DNA of 48,024 bases. Source: an uncultured Bacteroidaceae bacterium. GTDB lineage: Bacteria; Bacteroidota; Bacteroidia; Bacteroidales; P3. The stretch covers positions 1-48,024 of the forward strand of contig CAZEOJ010000002.1 of the NCBI GenBank assembly GCA_964513825.1. The letters run 5' to 3'. The letters are not shown here. Below are more notes on the stretch, generated by a model. It did not search any database. It saw only the letters and a program-made list of their open reading frames with translations, and was not told the DNA's origin. Position 1 is the first letter of the stretch.

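Overview
GC-rich segment that looks like Bacteroidota. The clues are lipoprotein-type signal peptides, TAnnTTTG -7 promoter boxes, GldJ/GldK/PorK-like FGE-sulfatase-domain proteins and SprB-type repeats. All family names come from motif recognition by eye; no database search was possible.

Left part (1-17.5 kb): an amplified cassette of two uncharacterised gene families.
- Family P has five paralogs. They are lipoproteins with an invariant CxxCH motif followed by TolB/PD40-like beta-propeller repeats.
- Family M has four paralogs. They are polytopic membrane proteins with a large C-terminal soluble domain; one copy lacks the membrane domain.
- Three type II toxin-antitoxin modules are wedged between cassette copies: YefM-YoeB, a decayed HigB-like remnant with an XRE antitoxin, and RelB/DinJ-PIN.
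- One small lipoprotein and two paralogous TPR-like secreted proteins also lie in the array.

Right part (17.7-48.0 kb): two paralogous FGE-sulfatase-domain proteins, followed 19 nt later by one giant + strand ORF (21440 to the window edge).
- It is at least 8,861 codons long and has no stop in the window, which is why the supplied ORF track does not list it.
- The 1,291-aa and 7,054-aa minus-strand ORFs in the track are codon-aligned antisense shadows of this gene, not genes.
- The giant protein has a nested repeat architecture: an N-terminal 21-aa YLGGFGDGH array, cysteine-framed Ig-like modules, SprB-type repeats, three LamG-like insertions, a 1.37-kb tandem duplication, a 4.56-kb super-repeat, and a terminal array of four-cysteine modules with lengthening Pro-rich linkers.

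No rRNA, tRNA, CRISPR array, transposase or integrase was recognised.
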